A stretch of DNA of 64,000 nucleotides from a virus. Lineage: Duplodnaviria; Caudoviricetes. This document shows positions 9,821 to 19,836 of the stretch, in pieces. Position 1 is the stretch's first letter, and the number at the start of each line of letters is the position of its first letter. The translations under genes were made by a program, and so were the position numbers. The notes under the pieces were generated by a model. That model did not search any database, was not told where the DNA came from, and saw only the letters and a program-made list of their open reading frames with translations. The stretch lies in the IMG/VR virus record IMGVR_UViG_3300020379_000218, positions 45,564 through 109,563 of that record; one strand, written 5' to 3'.

Positions 9821-11755
9821 ATGGCATTTCAAGTATCACCAGGTGTTCTCGTACAAGAAAAGGATTTAACTAACATAATTCCTGCTGTTTCTACTAGTAT
9901 CGGAGCATATGCTTTCAATTCTAGCAGAGGTCCAGTTGGAGAGGTAACGCTTATCTCTTCTGAACAAGAACTTGTTAGTATCTTTGGAAAACCAACTGCA
10001 AGCAACTTTGAAGAGTATTTTACTGCTTCATCTTTCCTTCAGTATTCCAATGCTCTGAAAGTTGTACGAACAGAAAACTCTGGAATTTTAAACGCTGTAA
10101 CCAACGGTGGTTCAGCAGTATTGGTCAAAAATACTGACCAGTATAACTCAACATACTTAGCAGATGGTTCATACACTGGTTTATCCGGTAGAGAGTTTGT
10201 CGCTAGATTTGCAGGTGCATATGGAAACGGTTTAGAAGTTTCTGTTTGTCCTTCATTACAAGCCTATGAAGTAGCGGTGGTAACAACCGTTAATGATAGT
10301 GCTGTATCTATCGGCGATACAACTATAACAATGACAAGTGGAACTAACATTAATGTTGGTGACATTTTAAGCTTTTCAACAACAGCAGCAACTTCAGATT
10401 ATGATGACGGAATAGAGTACGAGGTAACAGCCGTATCTACTAATGATGTTACCATAAAGAAAAAAGTTGGTACTGGAGGTTTAACTAGAGTTATCGTAGA
10501 TGGCGCTAATGTTAGACGAAGATGGAAATATTACGACCAAGTAAGTGGTGCACCTGGAACATCTCCAGATGTAGCAGCTGCTGGTGGTAGTGATGACGAA
10601 TTGCACATTGTAGTAGTAGATTCTGACGGAACAATTAGTGGAACTAAAGGTGAAGTTTTAGAAGTATACGAAAAAGTATCAAAAGCAAAAGACGCCAAAG
10701 ACGCAGGTGGTTCAAATAATTTCTATCCAGAAGTTATTTACAGAAAATCATCTTTCATCTATTGGGGTGACCATAACACAAACGGAACTAATTGGGGTGA
10801 CGCAAAAGCAAATAAAGCATTCACTGCTGTTTCTGGTCCTATCGCATTATCATTTACAGGTGGTGCTGACGGAACGGTAACTGACGGTGTAAGAAAAACT
10901 GCATTTGAATTATTCCAAGATTCAGAATCCGTTGATGTTGGTTTGATTATGGCAGGTAATGCTAGTGCAAACTTAATCGGTGATTTAATTACAATCGCTG
11001 AAACAAGAAAAGATTGTGTAGTATTTGCTAGTCCACAAAGAAGTGATGTAGTTAATATTGCTTCTGCGATTACTCAAACTAATAATGTGCTTGGATTCTT
11101 TAATGCAATCCAATCATCTAGTTATGTTATCTTTGATAGTGGTTACAAATATATGTACGACAGATACAATGATGTCTACAGATATGTACCATTAAACGGT
11201 GATATGGCTGGCTTGGCTGCAAGAACTGATTTAACTAATGACGCTTGGTTTAGTCCTGCTGGATTAAATAGAGGTATTATTAGAGGAGCAGTTAAACTTG
11301 CTTATAATCCTAATCAAACACAAAGAGACGAATTGTACAGAGCGAGAGTAAACCCAGTTGTTTCTTTCCCTGGACAAGGAATTATCTTGTTTGGTGATAA
11401 GACAGGATTATCAACACCAAGTGCATTTGATAGAATCAATGTAAGAAGATTGTTTATCGTTTTAGAAAAGGCGATTGCTACAGCTTCTAAATTCCAACTC
11501 TTTGAATTCAATGATGAGTTTACAAGAGCGAACTTTAGAAACCTAGTAGAACCTTTTTTAAGAGAAGTACAAGGTAGACGAGGTATCACAGACTTTTTAG
11601 TAGTGTGTGATGAAACTAACAACACAGGCGAAGTAATTGATAGAAACGAATTTATTGCTGAAATCTATATCAAACCAGCAAGAAGTATCAACTTTATCAC
11701 ATTATCTTTCGTTGCAACAAGAACTGGCGTGGCTTTTGAAGAAGTCGCAGGTTAA
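9821..11755 (+). CDS. gp18: Tail sheath protein gp18
   Basis: SPGVLVQEKD, WFSPAG, FDRINVRRLF, PARSINFI; late-promoter variant CATAAATA at 9701. Confidence 0.97.
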   Translation: MAFQVSPGVLVQEKDLTNIIPAVSTSIGAYAFNSSRGPVGEVTLISSEQELVSIFGKPTASNFEEYFTASSFLQYSNALKVVRTENSGILNAVTNGGSAVLVKNTDQYNSTYLADGSYTGLSGREFVARFAGAYGNGLEVSVCPSLQAYEVAVVTTVNDSAVSIGDTTITMTSGTNINVGDILSFSTTAATSDYDDGIEYEVTAVSTNDVTIKKKVGTGGLTRVIVDGANVRRRWKYYDQVSGAPGTSPDVAAAGGSDDELHIVVVDSDGTISGTKGEVLEVYEKVSKAKDAKDAGGSNNFYPEVIYRKSSFIYWGDHNTNGTNWGDAKANKAFTAVSGPIALSFTGGADGTVTDGVRKTAFELFQDSESVDVGLIMAGNASANLIGDLITIAETRKDCVVFASPQRSDVVNIASAITQTNNVLGFFNAIQSSSYVIFDSGYKYMYDRYNDVYRYVPLNGDMAGLAARTDLTNDAWFSPAGLNRGIIRGAVKLAYNPNQTQRDELYRARVNPVVSFPGQGIILFGDKTGLSTPSAFDRINVRRLFIVLEKAIATASKFQLFEFNDEFTRANFRNLVEPFLREVQGRRGITDFLVVCDETNNTGEVIDRNEFIAEIYIKPARSINFITLSFVATRTGVAFEEVAG

Positions 11756-11774
11756 GGAAGAGGAGAAATAAAAA

Positions 11775-12302
11775 ATGGCAAACATTAATGACTTCAAAAC
11801 TAAACTTGCTGGCGGCGGCGCTAGAGCGAACCAATTTAAGGTTACTATGCCTTTTCCTGGTTATGCACAAGTTGGTGGAGAAACAGAAGAGTTAGCATTC
11901 TTATGTAATGCTACATCTATTCCTGCAATGAGTATTGGAACTACAACGGTTAACTTCCGTGGTAGACCAGTGTATCTAGCAGCTGATAGAAATTTTGAAC
12001 CTTGGAATATTACGGTACTTAACGATACTAACTTCAAATTAAGAGACGCTTTTGAAAGATGGCAAAATGGTATCAATAATATGTCTGATAACGAAGGATT
12101 AGTTAATCCAGTAGATTATCAAGTAGACGCATTTATTGACCACCTTGACAGAAATGGCTCTACTATTAAATCATACACATTAAGAGGTTGTTTTCCAACT
12201 TCTATCGGTGCTATTGATTTGAATATGGAACCAACAGAAGCAGTTGAAACTTTTGAAGTATCGTTTAGATACTTATTCTTTGAAGCAAGAACGACTACTT
12301 AA
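11775..12302 (+). CDS. gp19: Tail tube protein gp19
   Basis: GGARANQF, FRGRPV, WNITVLND, FERWQNGIN. Confidence 0.95.
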   Translation: MANINDFKTKLAGGGARANQFKVTMPFPGYAQVGGETEELAFLCNATSIPAMSIGTTTVNFRGRPVYLAADRNFEPWNITVLNDTNFKLRDAFERWQNGINNMSDNEGLVNPVDYQVDAFIDHLDRNGSTIKSYTLRGCFPTSIGAIDLNMEPTEAVETFEVSFRYLFFEARTTT

Positions 12303-12349
12303 TAGTTGAATAAATATATAATAAAAAGTAAAATTGTGAGGAAATTATA

Positions 12350-13873
12350 ATGGCGGAACTTTTCGGTTTTCAAATTACTAGAGTTAAAGATACTCCAGAC
12401 CCGAAGCAAAGTTTTACTCAACCGAAGGCAGATGACGGTACACAAACCGTCGCTGCCGGCGGTTATTTCGGTCAGTACCTTGATATGGAAGGTAATGCGA
12501 AAACTGAGCAAGACTTAATCAGAAGGTATAGAGAGATTTCAATCCATCCTGAATGTGATATGGCTGTTGAAGATATTGTCAACGAGGCTATTGTCGCAAA
12601 CGAGATTGATAAAGATCCGGTGCGAGTAGATTTATCTGACACAGACTTTAGCGATAAAGTCAAGCGTAAGGTAGAAGACGAGTTTAAAGAAATACTAAGG
12701 TTAATGAATTTTAGTACTAAAGGACACGACATATTCAGAAGATGGTATGTTGATGGAAGAATTTACTATCATAAAATTATTGATAGAGAATCACCTGTAA
12801 AAGGTATAACAGAATTAAGATATATTGATCCTCGTAAAATTAAAAAAATACGAGAGATTAAAAAAGGTCGTCCAGTTGCTATGGCAAACATACAAGTGAT
12901 ACACGACTATAACGAATATTTTTTATATAATGAAAAAGGTGTTGCAGGACCTGGTATGGCTGCTGGTGGTATTAAGATTGCCACAGACGCTATCTCATTT
13001 TGTCCAAGTGGATTAGTAGACTTGAACAAAAATATGGTTATGGGTTATATGCACAAGGCAATTAAACCAGTTAATCAATTAAGAATGATTGAAGACGCTG
13101 TTGTTATTTACAGAATTGCAAGAGCACCTGAAAGAAGAATATTTAAAATTGATGTAGGTAATTTACCTAAAGTAAAAGCAGAGCAATATCTCCGTGATGT
13201 AATGGCAAGATACAGAAATAAACTTGTCTATGACGCAAGTACAGGAGAGATTAGAGACGACAGAAATTATATGTCTATGCTTGAAGACTTTTGGTTACCA
13301 AGTAGAGAAGGTGGTAGAGGTACAGATATTTCTACATTACCTGGTGGACAAAATCTTGGTGAAGTAGCAGATATTGAATACTTCCAAAAGAAACTCTACA
13401 GAAGTTTAAATGTACCAGTAAGTAGATTAGAAGGAAGTCAAGGTTTCAATCTAGGTAGAACAACTGAAATCACAAGAGACGAACTTAAATTTACAAAATT
13501 TGTACATAGATTAAGAAAGAAGTTTACAGATTTATTTAATGACTTGCTAAGAACTCAATTAGTTTTAAAAGCAGTTATAAATGAAGAAGATTGGCAATCT
13601 ATTGCTCAAAAAATCAAATATGATTTTATAGCAGATGGTCATTTCTCGGAACTAAAAGACGCTGAACTATTAAGAGAAAGAATAGCATTAGCGAATGATG
13701 TTAGAGATTATGTTGGTAAATATTTTAGTGTTAACTTTGTTAGACGAAATATTTTAAAACAATCTGAAAGAGAAATTGTTATGATTGACAATGAAATTAA
13801 GAAAGAAATTGATGATGGTATTATCGCAGCTCCACAAACAAATGTCGGTGCTGATGATGACGGCATTATGTAA
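12350..13873 (+). CDS. gp20: Portal vertex protein gp20
   Basis: FRRWYVDGR, YRIARAPERRIF, EDFWLPSREGGRGT, EITRDELKF. Confidence 0.97.
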   Translation: MAELFGFQITRVKDTPDPKQSFTQPKADDGTQTVAAGGYFGQYLDMEGNAKTEQDLIRRYREISIHPECDMAVEDIVNEAIVANEIDKDPVRVDLSDTDFSDKVKRKVEDEFKEILRLMNFSTKGHDIFRRWYVDGRIYYHKIIDRESPVKGITELRYIDPRKIKKIREIKKGRPVAMANIQVIHDYNEYFLYNEKGVAGPGMAAGGIKIATDAISFCPSGLVDLNKNMVMGYMHKAIKPVNQLRMIEDAVVIYRIARAPERRIFKIDVGNLPKVKAEQYLRDVMARYRNKLVYDASTGEIRDDRNYMSMLEDFWLPSREGGRGTDISTLPGGQNLGEVADIEYFQKKLYRSLNVPVSRLEGSQGFNLGRTTEITRDELKFTKFVHRLRKKFTDLFNDLLRTQLVLKAVINEEDWQSIAQKIKYDFIADGHFSELKDAELLRERIALANDVRDYVGKYFSVNFVRRNILKQSEREIVMIDNEIKKEIDDGIIAAPQTNVGADDDGIM

Positions 13874-13893
13874 TAGTATATAGGAGATAAAAA

Positions 13894-14229
13894 ATGGCAG
13901 ACAATGATAAACCTAATTATGTAGATACTTTTGTATCGCAATTGCAAAAAGGTAATAACACGGAAGCAGGAGACGCTTTCAAAGACGCATTAAGAGATAA
14001 AGTTGGAGACGCATTAGACACAAGTAGAAAAGAATATGCTTCTTCATTATTTCAAAGTGCAGCTGATGTTATGACTGGCACAACTACTCCAGTAGCAGAT
14101 ACGACAGACGCAGCTGCTGAGCATAGTGATAGTAAACCTGAAGTTGCGGATGCTTTACCACAAAGTGCTACACAAGACGAAGTACAACAAGCATTTAATC
14201 AGGCAACACCTGATAACACAGGAGAGTAA
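13894..14229 (+). CDS. Small acidic prohead core protein (gp67 position)
   Basis: Directly after gp20, acidic, AGGAG RBS. Confidence 0.55.
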   Translation: MADNDKPNYVDTFVSQLQKGNNTEAGDAFKDALRDKVGDALDTSRKEYASSLFQSAADVMTGTTTPVADTTDAAAEHSDSKPEVADALPQSATQDEVQQAFNQATPDNTGE

Positions 14230-14231
14230 AA

Positions 14232-14468
14232 ATGGCATTAACGGTATCAAGTATTGTAGGTAATACATCTGGATTCATTAAGAACGATAGATACAATTCT
14301 CTATCGCCTGCAATGAAAACAGCGGTAGAATCTTTAGTCGCAGGACTAGACGCAATAGACTGGTCGCAACCACAAGATTTAGTAAACATTATTGAAACTA
14401 AAATTAGTGAAGTTGCAGCTGGTGACAGCGATGTAGAAACTGCTTTGACAACTTATTTTTCGGAGTAA
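14232..14468 (+). CDS. Hypothetical protein in head module
   Basis: GGAG RBS, tight packing. Confidence 0.55.
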   Translation: MALTVSSIVGNTSGFIKNDRYNSLSPAMKTAVESLVAGLDAIDWSQPQDLVNIIETKISEVAAGDSDVETALTTYFSE

Positions 14469-14471
14469 TTT

Positions 14472-14813
14472 ATGGCATTAAGTATCTCAACAAAAGTTGA
14501 CGATACCACAAAGGCTATAATTAACGCTAGTGGTGCGGACAACGAAAGCGGAACTTTATATTCTGCTGGGCAAAATGTATCGCTGGCAAATGTATATTAT
14601 GAAATTAGAGGAACAGGCACAGCGACTCTTAAACTCGGAGACCATTCTTTAAGTTTAACTGGGTTTGGTAATTGGGGTTTAAAAGAAGGCGAACCTCGTA
14701 AAGTAATTGAACAAGATTTAAACTCTTCAACTACTTTAGAAATTACTACAGACGCTAATGTGTCAAAATTTAATATGGCTGTAGAAGTACAGAAAGAGAC
14801 GGAGACAAAATAA
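14472..14813 (+). CDS. Hypothetical beta-rich head-module protein (paralog of next gene)
   Basis: GGAG RBS; shares motifs with 14815-15210. Confidence 0.55.
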   Translation: MALSISTKVDDTTKAIINASGADNESGTLYSAGQNVSLANVYYEIRGTGTATLKLGDHSLSLTGFGNWGLKEGEPRKVIEQDLNSSTTLEITTDANVSKFNMAVEVQKETETK

Positions 14814-14814
14814 A

Positions 14815-15210
14815 ATGGCAGATTTGGTTACACAACAAATTATATCAGATACGGCAGGAGTTAAGTATGTTGTAAAACAAACTAACTATTCAGACGGCAC
14901 AGGTGAAACAAACACCGTGATTGCTAATCCTACTACTTCTAATTTTATGACAGCAGATGGAACAAAAGAGATTGCAAAAGTGTGGTATTCTATTAATACT
15001 GCAAACCGAAAATCAGCAGTAGAGATTGCTTGGGGAGGCGCTACTGAAAATACAACTGCATTGTTATTGTCTGGACAAGGGTATTTAGACTTTAGAACTG
15101 CGGGAAATGATATTACTAATAATGCAACAAGTCCTAATGGATTTGTCTATTTGACAACAAAAGACTTTGCTTTAAACGATAATTACACGATTGTTGTTGA
15201 ATTTAGATAA
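14815..15210 (+). CDS. Hypothetical beta-rich virion protein
   Basis: GGAG RBS; Thr/Asn/Gly-rich; between gp20 and gp21. Confidence 0.6.
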   Translation: MADLVTQQIISDTAGVKYVVKQTNYSDGTGETNTVIANPTTSNFMTADGTKEIAKVWYSINTANRKSAVEIAWGGATENTTALLLSGQGYLDFRTAGNDITNNATSPNGFVYLTTKDFALNDNYTIVVEFR

Positions 15211-15217
15211 AAAATAT

Positions 15218-15225
15218 TATAAATA
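15218..15225 (+). promoter_or_regulatory. Late promoter (gp21)
   Basis: Exact TATAAATA. Confidence 0.8.
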
Positions 15226-15250
15226 TTAGGAAAGAGAGAGATAAACAACT

Positions 15251-15898
15251 ATGAAACTTATTACAGAAACTCTGGAAAATGTAGAGTACATTACAGAAGA
15301 AACTAATGGCAAAACGAATTATAAGATTCGTGGTGTATTTCTACAATCTGAAATCAAAAACAGAAATGGAAGAGTTTATCCTAAAGATACATTAACACAA
15401 GAAGTTAATAGATACAATAGAGAATTTGTGGAACAGAAAAGAGCGTTTGGTGAATTAGGACATCCTGATGGACCAACGGTCAACTTGGAGAGAGTTAGTC
15501 ATATGATTACAAAACTCTATCCAGATGGCAACAACTTTATCGGTGAAGCAAAAGTAATGGACACACCCTACGGAAAGATTGTAAAAAATCTTATAGATGA
15601 AGGCGCTAAATTAGGCGTTTCTTCTCGTGGTATGGGTTCATTAGAGAGAAGTAGAAGTGGTGAAGCTAGGGTCGGAAACGACTTCTATCTTGCTACTGCT
15701 GCCGACATTGTGGCGGATCCAAGTGCTCCTGACGCTTTCGTAGAAGGAATTATGGAAGGTAAAGAGTGGATTTGGGACAATGGTGTTATTAAAGAAAAAG
15801 ATATAGAAGAATATAAACAATACATTAAGGAAGCAAAAAGACTAAAAATCGCTGAAGCGAAAGCTGAGGTATTTAGTAAGTTCCTTAAAGGATTGTAA
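15251..15898 (+). CDS. gp21: Prohead protease gp21
   Basis: MKLITE, NRNGRVYP, GELGHP, GVSSRGMGS, DIVADPSAPDA. Confidence 0.96.
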   Translation: MKLITETLENVEYITEETNGKTNYKIRGVFLQSEIKNRNGRVYPKDTLTQEVNRYNREFVEQKRAFGELGHPDGPTVNLERVSHMITKLYPDGNNFIGEAKVMDTPYGKIVKNLIDEGAKLGVSSRGMGSLERSRSGEARVGNDFYLATAADIVADPSAPDAFVEGIMEGKEWIWDNGVIKEKDIEEYKQYIKEAKRLKIAEAKAEVFSKFLKGL

Positions 15899-15901
15899 TA
15901 T

Positions 15902-15909
15902 TATAAATA
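15902..15909 (+). promoter_or_regulatory. Late promoter (gp22-gp23)
   Basis: Exact TATAAATA. Confidence 0.8.
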
Positions 15910-15968
15910 TCTTATAACAAAACAAGAAAATAATTATTTTTTTTAAAAGAAATAAGGAGAACTTCAAT

Positions 15969-17147
15969 ATGGCCGAGACAGAAAAACAAGTTGCCGAAAT
16001 GACAGCTCCAGACGCTCCTAAAAAGAACGCCGTAGCTGCTGAAACTTCACCGTTAAAAAATGACGCTGAAGATTTAGGTGCTGCTGTAGTAAAACCTACA
16101 GATAGCAATCCAGACGCAACAAAAAAAGTTAAAGAAGTTTCAGGTGACGCACAGCAAAAAAACGCTGGTTCTGCTGAACCAATGCCTTCTGTAAAGAAGG
16201 AAGAAACTGCTTCTGAAGGCGAGAAGATTTCCGAGGGAGAAATGCCTGACGGTCTGAAAAAATTCCTAGATAAAAAGAAAGAAAAAGAAGAAACTAAAAA
16301 AGAAGGCTATAAGATGAAAAAAGAATCTGAAGCTGAAAAAGTGGACTCTAAATCTGAAAAATCTGAGGAAACAGCTGACCAGAAAGCAAAAGATGTTGAT
16401 GTAAAAGAACACATTGACGCTTTGACCTCTGGCGAATCAGACTTGTCGGAAGAATTTAAAACGAAAGCTGCTACTATTTTTGAAGCTGCGATTAAATCTA
16501 AAGTAAAAGAAATCGCTGAAGAAATGGAAGTAGACTACAATAAGAAATTTGAAGAAGAAAGTGCTAAAGCAAAATCTGAACTTGTTGAAAAAGTTGACAA
16601 TTACTTAAACTATGTTGTAAACGAGTGGATGAAAGAAAACGAACTTGCTATTGAAAAAGGTATCAAGGGAGAAATTGCTGAGGACTTCATCAACGGTCTG
16701 AAAAAACTTTTTGAAGACCATTATATTGATGTACCTGATGAAAAATATGATGTGTTAGAAGACCAAGCTTCAAAAATTGAGTCGTTAGAGAAAAAACTAA
16801 ACGAACAGATTGCGAAGAATGTTGACTTGAATAGTAAGGCTAACTTACTTGAAAAATCTGACATTTTAGCTGATGTTGCTTCTGATTTAACAGATGTCTC
16901 TAAAGAGAAATTTGCTAAACTTACAGAAGAAGTTGAATTTTCAACGGCTGAAGATTTTAGAAACAAGGTAACTACTATCAAAGAAAGTTATTTTGGTGCT
17001 AAAAAAGAAGCTAATTCTGACAGCGAAGTAGATAATGCGGTAGCTGATAATGCTGGTGTAGACAATACGCAAGACTTATCTAGTGCAATGGCTGCTTATA
17101 CTACCGCTATTAGTAAAACAAAAGACATTAAATTGTCTATAAAATAA
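15969..17147 (+). CDS. gp22: Prohead core scaffold gp22
   Basis: LSEEFKTKAATIFEAA, VDNYLNYVVNEWMKEN; charged coiled coil. Confidence 0.93.
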   Translation: MAETEKQVAEMTAPDAPKKNAVAAETSPLKNDAEDLGAAVVKPTDSNPDATKKVKEVSGDAQQKNAGSAEPMPSVKKEETASEGEKISEGEMPDGLKKFLDKKKEKEETKKEGYKMKKESEAEKVDSKSEKSEETADQKAKDVDVKEHIDALTSGESDLSEEFKTKAATIFEAAIKSKVKEIAEEMEVDYNKKFEEESAKAKSELVEKVDNYLNYVVNEWMKENELAIEKGIKGEIAEDFINGLKKLFEDHYIDVPDEKYDVLEDQASKIESLEKKLNEQIAKNVDLNSKANLLEKSDILADVASDLTDVSKEKFAKLTEEVEFSTAEDFRNKVTTIKESYFGAKKEANSDSEVDNAVADNAGVDNTQDLSSAMAAYTTAISKTKDIKLSIK

Positions 17148-17169
17148 TAATAGGAGAGAGGAACAAGAT

Positions 17170-18510
17170 ATGTACTTATCTGAAAACTACCAAAAAAAGT
17201 GGCAGCCAGTATTAGAGCATCCTGATTTACCAAAAATCACGGATACTTATAAACGAGCTGTTACCAGTGTTATCCTTGAGAACCAAGAGAAAGCACTAAA
17301 AGAAGACGCTCAGTTTATGACTGAAACTGCGCCTACTAACTCAACAGGTTCTTCAATCGCTAACTGGGATCCAATTTTGATTTCATTAGTAAGAAGAGCA
17401 ATGCCAAACCTTATCGCTTACGATATTGCTGGCGTTCAACCTATGAGCGGTCCTACTGGTCTTATATTTGCAATGAGAAGCAGATACAAAGCTCAGGACG
17501 GTACTGAAGCATTATTTGATGAAGCAGAATCACAATTCTCAGCTGCAGGAACTAAAGCAAACATTCCTGGTTCAGCTGGTACTTCTTCTGCTGGAGAAAC
17601 TAACCCTGCTGTACTTAACGACTCATCACCTGGAGCATACACTGCTGAAGGTGGAATGTCTACTGCTAACGCAGAAGCATTAGGAGACGGTTCAACATCT
17701 GGATACGAGCAATTTGCTGAAATGGCATTCTCAATTGAGAAGTCAACGGTAACTGCTAAGTCAAGAGCATTGAAAGCCGAGTACACAATGGAACTTGCAC
17801 AAGACCTTAAAGCTATTCACGGTTTAGACGCTGAGTCTGAACTTGCGAATATTCTTTCTGCTGAAATCCTTGCTGAAATCAATAGAGAAGTTGTAAGAAC
17901 TATCTATGTAAATTCAGAAAAAGGTGCTCAGACTGACACAACTACTGCTGGTATCTTTGATTTAGATACTGACTCAAACGGTAGATGGTCTGTTGAAAGA
18001 TTTAAAGGACTTATGTTCCAATTAGAAAGAGACGCTAACGCTATCGCACAAAGAACAAGAAGAGGAAAAGGTAACATAATTATCTGTTCTTCTGATGTTG
18101 CTAGTGCATTACAAATGGCTGGTGTTTTAGACTATACACCTGCATTAAACAACAATTTATCTGTTGATGACGCAGGAAACACTTTTGCTGGAGTATTAAA
18201 CGGCAGATTTAAAGTGTACATTGATCCATATTCAGCGAACCAAGCTAGCAAACAATTCTATGTTGTTGGTTACAAAGGTACTTCACCTTATGACGCTGGT
18301 ATGTTCTACTGCCCTTATGTACCATTACAAATGGTTAGAGCAGTTGGTCAGGACACTTTCCAACCGAAAATCGGTTTCAAAACTAGATACGGCCTACAAG
18401 CAAATCCTTTTGCTGAAGCTTCTTCTAGTACAGACGCTGTAATTGACGGTGCTGGTGCTGCTAACGCTAACAGATACTACAGAAAAGTACAAATCGTTAA
18501 CCTTGCGTAA
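17170..18510 (+). CDS. gp23: Major capsid protein gp23
   Basis: LISLVRRAMPNLIAYD, GVQPMSGPTGLIFAMR, AKSRALKAEY, FQPKIGFKTRYG; predicted maturation site FMTE|T. Confidence 0.98.
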   Translation: MYLSENYQKKWQPVLEHPDLPKITDTYKRAVTSVILENQEKALKEDAQFMTETAPTNSTGSSIANWDPILISLVRRAMPNLIAYDIAGVQPMSGPTGLIFAMRSRYKAQDGTEALFDEAESQFSAAGTKANIPGSAGTSSAGETNPAVLNDSSPGAYTAEGGMSTANAEALGDGSTSGYEQFAEMAFSIEKSTVTAKSRALKAEYTMELAQDLKAIHGLDAESELANILSAEILAEINREVVRTIYVNSEKGAQTDTTTAGIFDLDTDSNGRWSVERFKGLMFQLERDANAIAQRTRRGKGNIIICSSDVASALQMAGVLDYTPALNNNLSVDDAGNTFAGVLNGRFKVYIDPYSANQASKQFYVVGYKGTSPYDAGMFYCPYVPLQMVRAVGQDTFQPKIGFKTRYGLQANPFAEASSSTDAVIDGAGAANANRYYRKVQIVNLA

Positions 18511-18545
18511 TTGCAAATAACGATTGTATAGTAGACAATCTTACG

Positions 18546-18577
18546 AAAAAAGGCGATGTAAAAGTCGCCTTTTTTTT
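18546..18577 (+). terminator. Intrinsic terminator after gp23, potentially bidirectional
   Basis: AAAAAAGGCGA-tgtaaaag-TCGCCTTTTTTTT. Confidence 0.9.
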
Positions 18578-18629
18578 AGCCCAAATTATAATATTAGTAT
18601 ATTCAGATTTTATTATATACATCAAATGC

Positions 18630-18660
18630 TTGACACAAAAACATCTTTATGTTATAAATA
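18630..18660 (+). promoter_or_regulatory. Composite sigma70/late promoter of the alkB-like gene
   Basis: TTGACA(18630)-17 nt-TATAAATA(18653). Confidence 0.7.
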
Positions 18661-18719
18661 ATATTAATAAGATAAACGAGTTATCTTTGCAATTAATGTC
18701 TGAAAGGACAGGAGGCATT

Positions 18720-19784
18720 ATGTTAAAGTTATTAACTAATGTCCGTTATTTCATTGCACCAGTATTAATAATCACAACAGCAATATCAATATTGTATGGC
18801 GGTCTATTTGCGTGGACTGGCGTTGCGTTATTAGGTGTTGGAATAATACTAGATACATTAATCACAAAGCAGACGAAAGGTGCCGTTGATGAAAACGGAG
18901 AAACACTAGGTATTGCTTGGTTGCAAAACACGGTTATGTATCTTATGTTACCTGTGTTTATATTTCTACAATGTGCTGTCGCATACAAAATTTTTAGCGG
19001 TATCACAGGACTAGAACTTGTAGGCACTACCTTATCAGCTGGTATCTTTTTAGGTATCGGTATCATCTACGGACACGAACTATCGCATACGAAAGGTTTT
19101 GCTTTTGTTATTAGTAGATGGATGATGGCGTTAAGTGGGTCAGCACATTTCTGTTATGCTCATTGTTATAATCATCATTTAGAACTTGCGACAGAAGACG
19201 ACCCAGCGACTGCTCCTCGTGGTCGTACAATCTATGGACATTATCTACTTTCATATCTTGGTCAATCAAAGTTTCTTTTTGAAATGGAGAAAGCAAGATT
19301 ACAAAGACTAGATAAATCTTTTATCTGTTTTGATAACAGATGGATTAGAGGTTATCTAATGTCCGTACCTACCGTAGCACTTTTCTTTATGGCAGGTGGT
19401 TGGGTAGGTATTACTTGTCTCGCTGTAATGTGGGTAATTTCAAACTTTGAATTAGAAGCTTTGAACTATCTGGAACATTATGGTTTGATAAGAGTAAAAT
19501 CTCAACCTATTGATTACAGACACAATTGGGACAATTCAACATTGTTTACTTCTTGGTTCTTTATTGAAATCGGAAGACAAGCAGACCACCACGATAGAGG
19601 GGAAACTCACTTCTGGGAACTTGATGATGTTGGCGCTCCTAATACAGGTGTTGGATATTTCACTCTATTTACAATTGCATTAATACCACCATTGTTTAGA
19701 AAGTTTATGAAGAAACATTTAGACAAATGGGATAGAGATTATGCAAGTAAAGAAGAACAAGAAATCGCAAAACAACTAGTCTAA
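18720..19784 (+). CDS. alkB: AlkB/XylM-family membrane di-iron monooxygenase/desaturase
   Basis: His boxes HELSH, AHCYNHH, NYLEHYG, QADHH; DPATAPRG; several TM helices; GGAGG RBS supports start at 18720. Confidence 0.85.
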   Translation: MLKLLTNVRYFIAPVLIITTAISILYGGLFAWTGVALLGVGIILDTLITKQTKGAVDENGETLGIAWLQNTVMYLMLPVFIFLQCAVAYKIFSGITGLELVGTTLSAGIFLGIGIIYGHELSHTKGFAFVISRWMMALSGSAHFCYAHCYNHHLELATEDDPATAPRGRTIYGHYLLSYLGQSKFLFEMEKARLQRLDKSFICFDNRWIRGYLMSVPTVALFFMAGGWVGITCLAVMWVISNFELEALNYLEHYGLIRVKSQPIDYRHNWDNSTLFTSWFFIEIGRQADHHDRGETHFWELDDVGAPNTGVGYFTLFTIALIPPLFRKFMKKHLDKWDRDYASKEEQEIAKQLV

Positions 19785-19790
19785 TATCGG

Positions 19791-19812
19791 TCCCCTAGTT
19801 TTTACTAGGGGA
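19791..19812 (+). terminator. Hairpin/terminator after the alkB-like gene
   Basis: TCCCCTAGT-TTTT-ACTAGGGGA perfect 9-bp stem; weak U tail. Confidence 0.6.
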
Positions 19813-19823
19813 TTATTAGGTCG

Positions 19824-19831
19824 TATAAATA
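19824..19831 (+). promoter_or_regulatory. Late promoter (gp3)
   Basis: Exact TATAAATA. Confidence 0.75.
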
Positions 19832-19836
19832 GTAGT

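Noticed and set aside
18630-18719. Upstream starts in the ORF track for the alkB-like gene (also pcyX, hemA, cobS, gp41)
   Set aside because: They overlap promoters or upstream genes; downstream ATGs have better RBS or stop-start coupling
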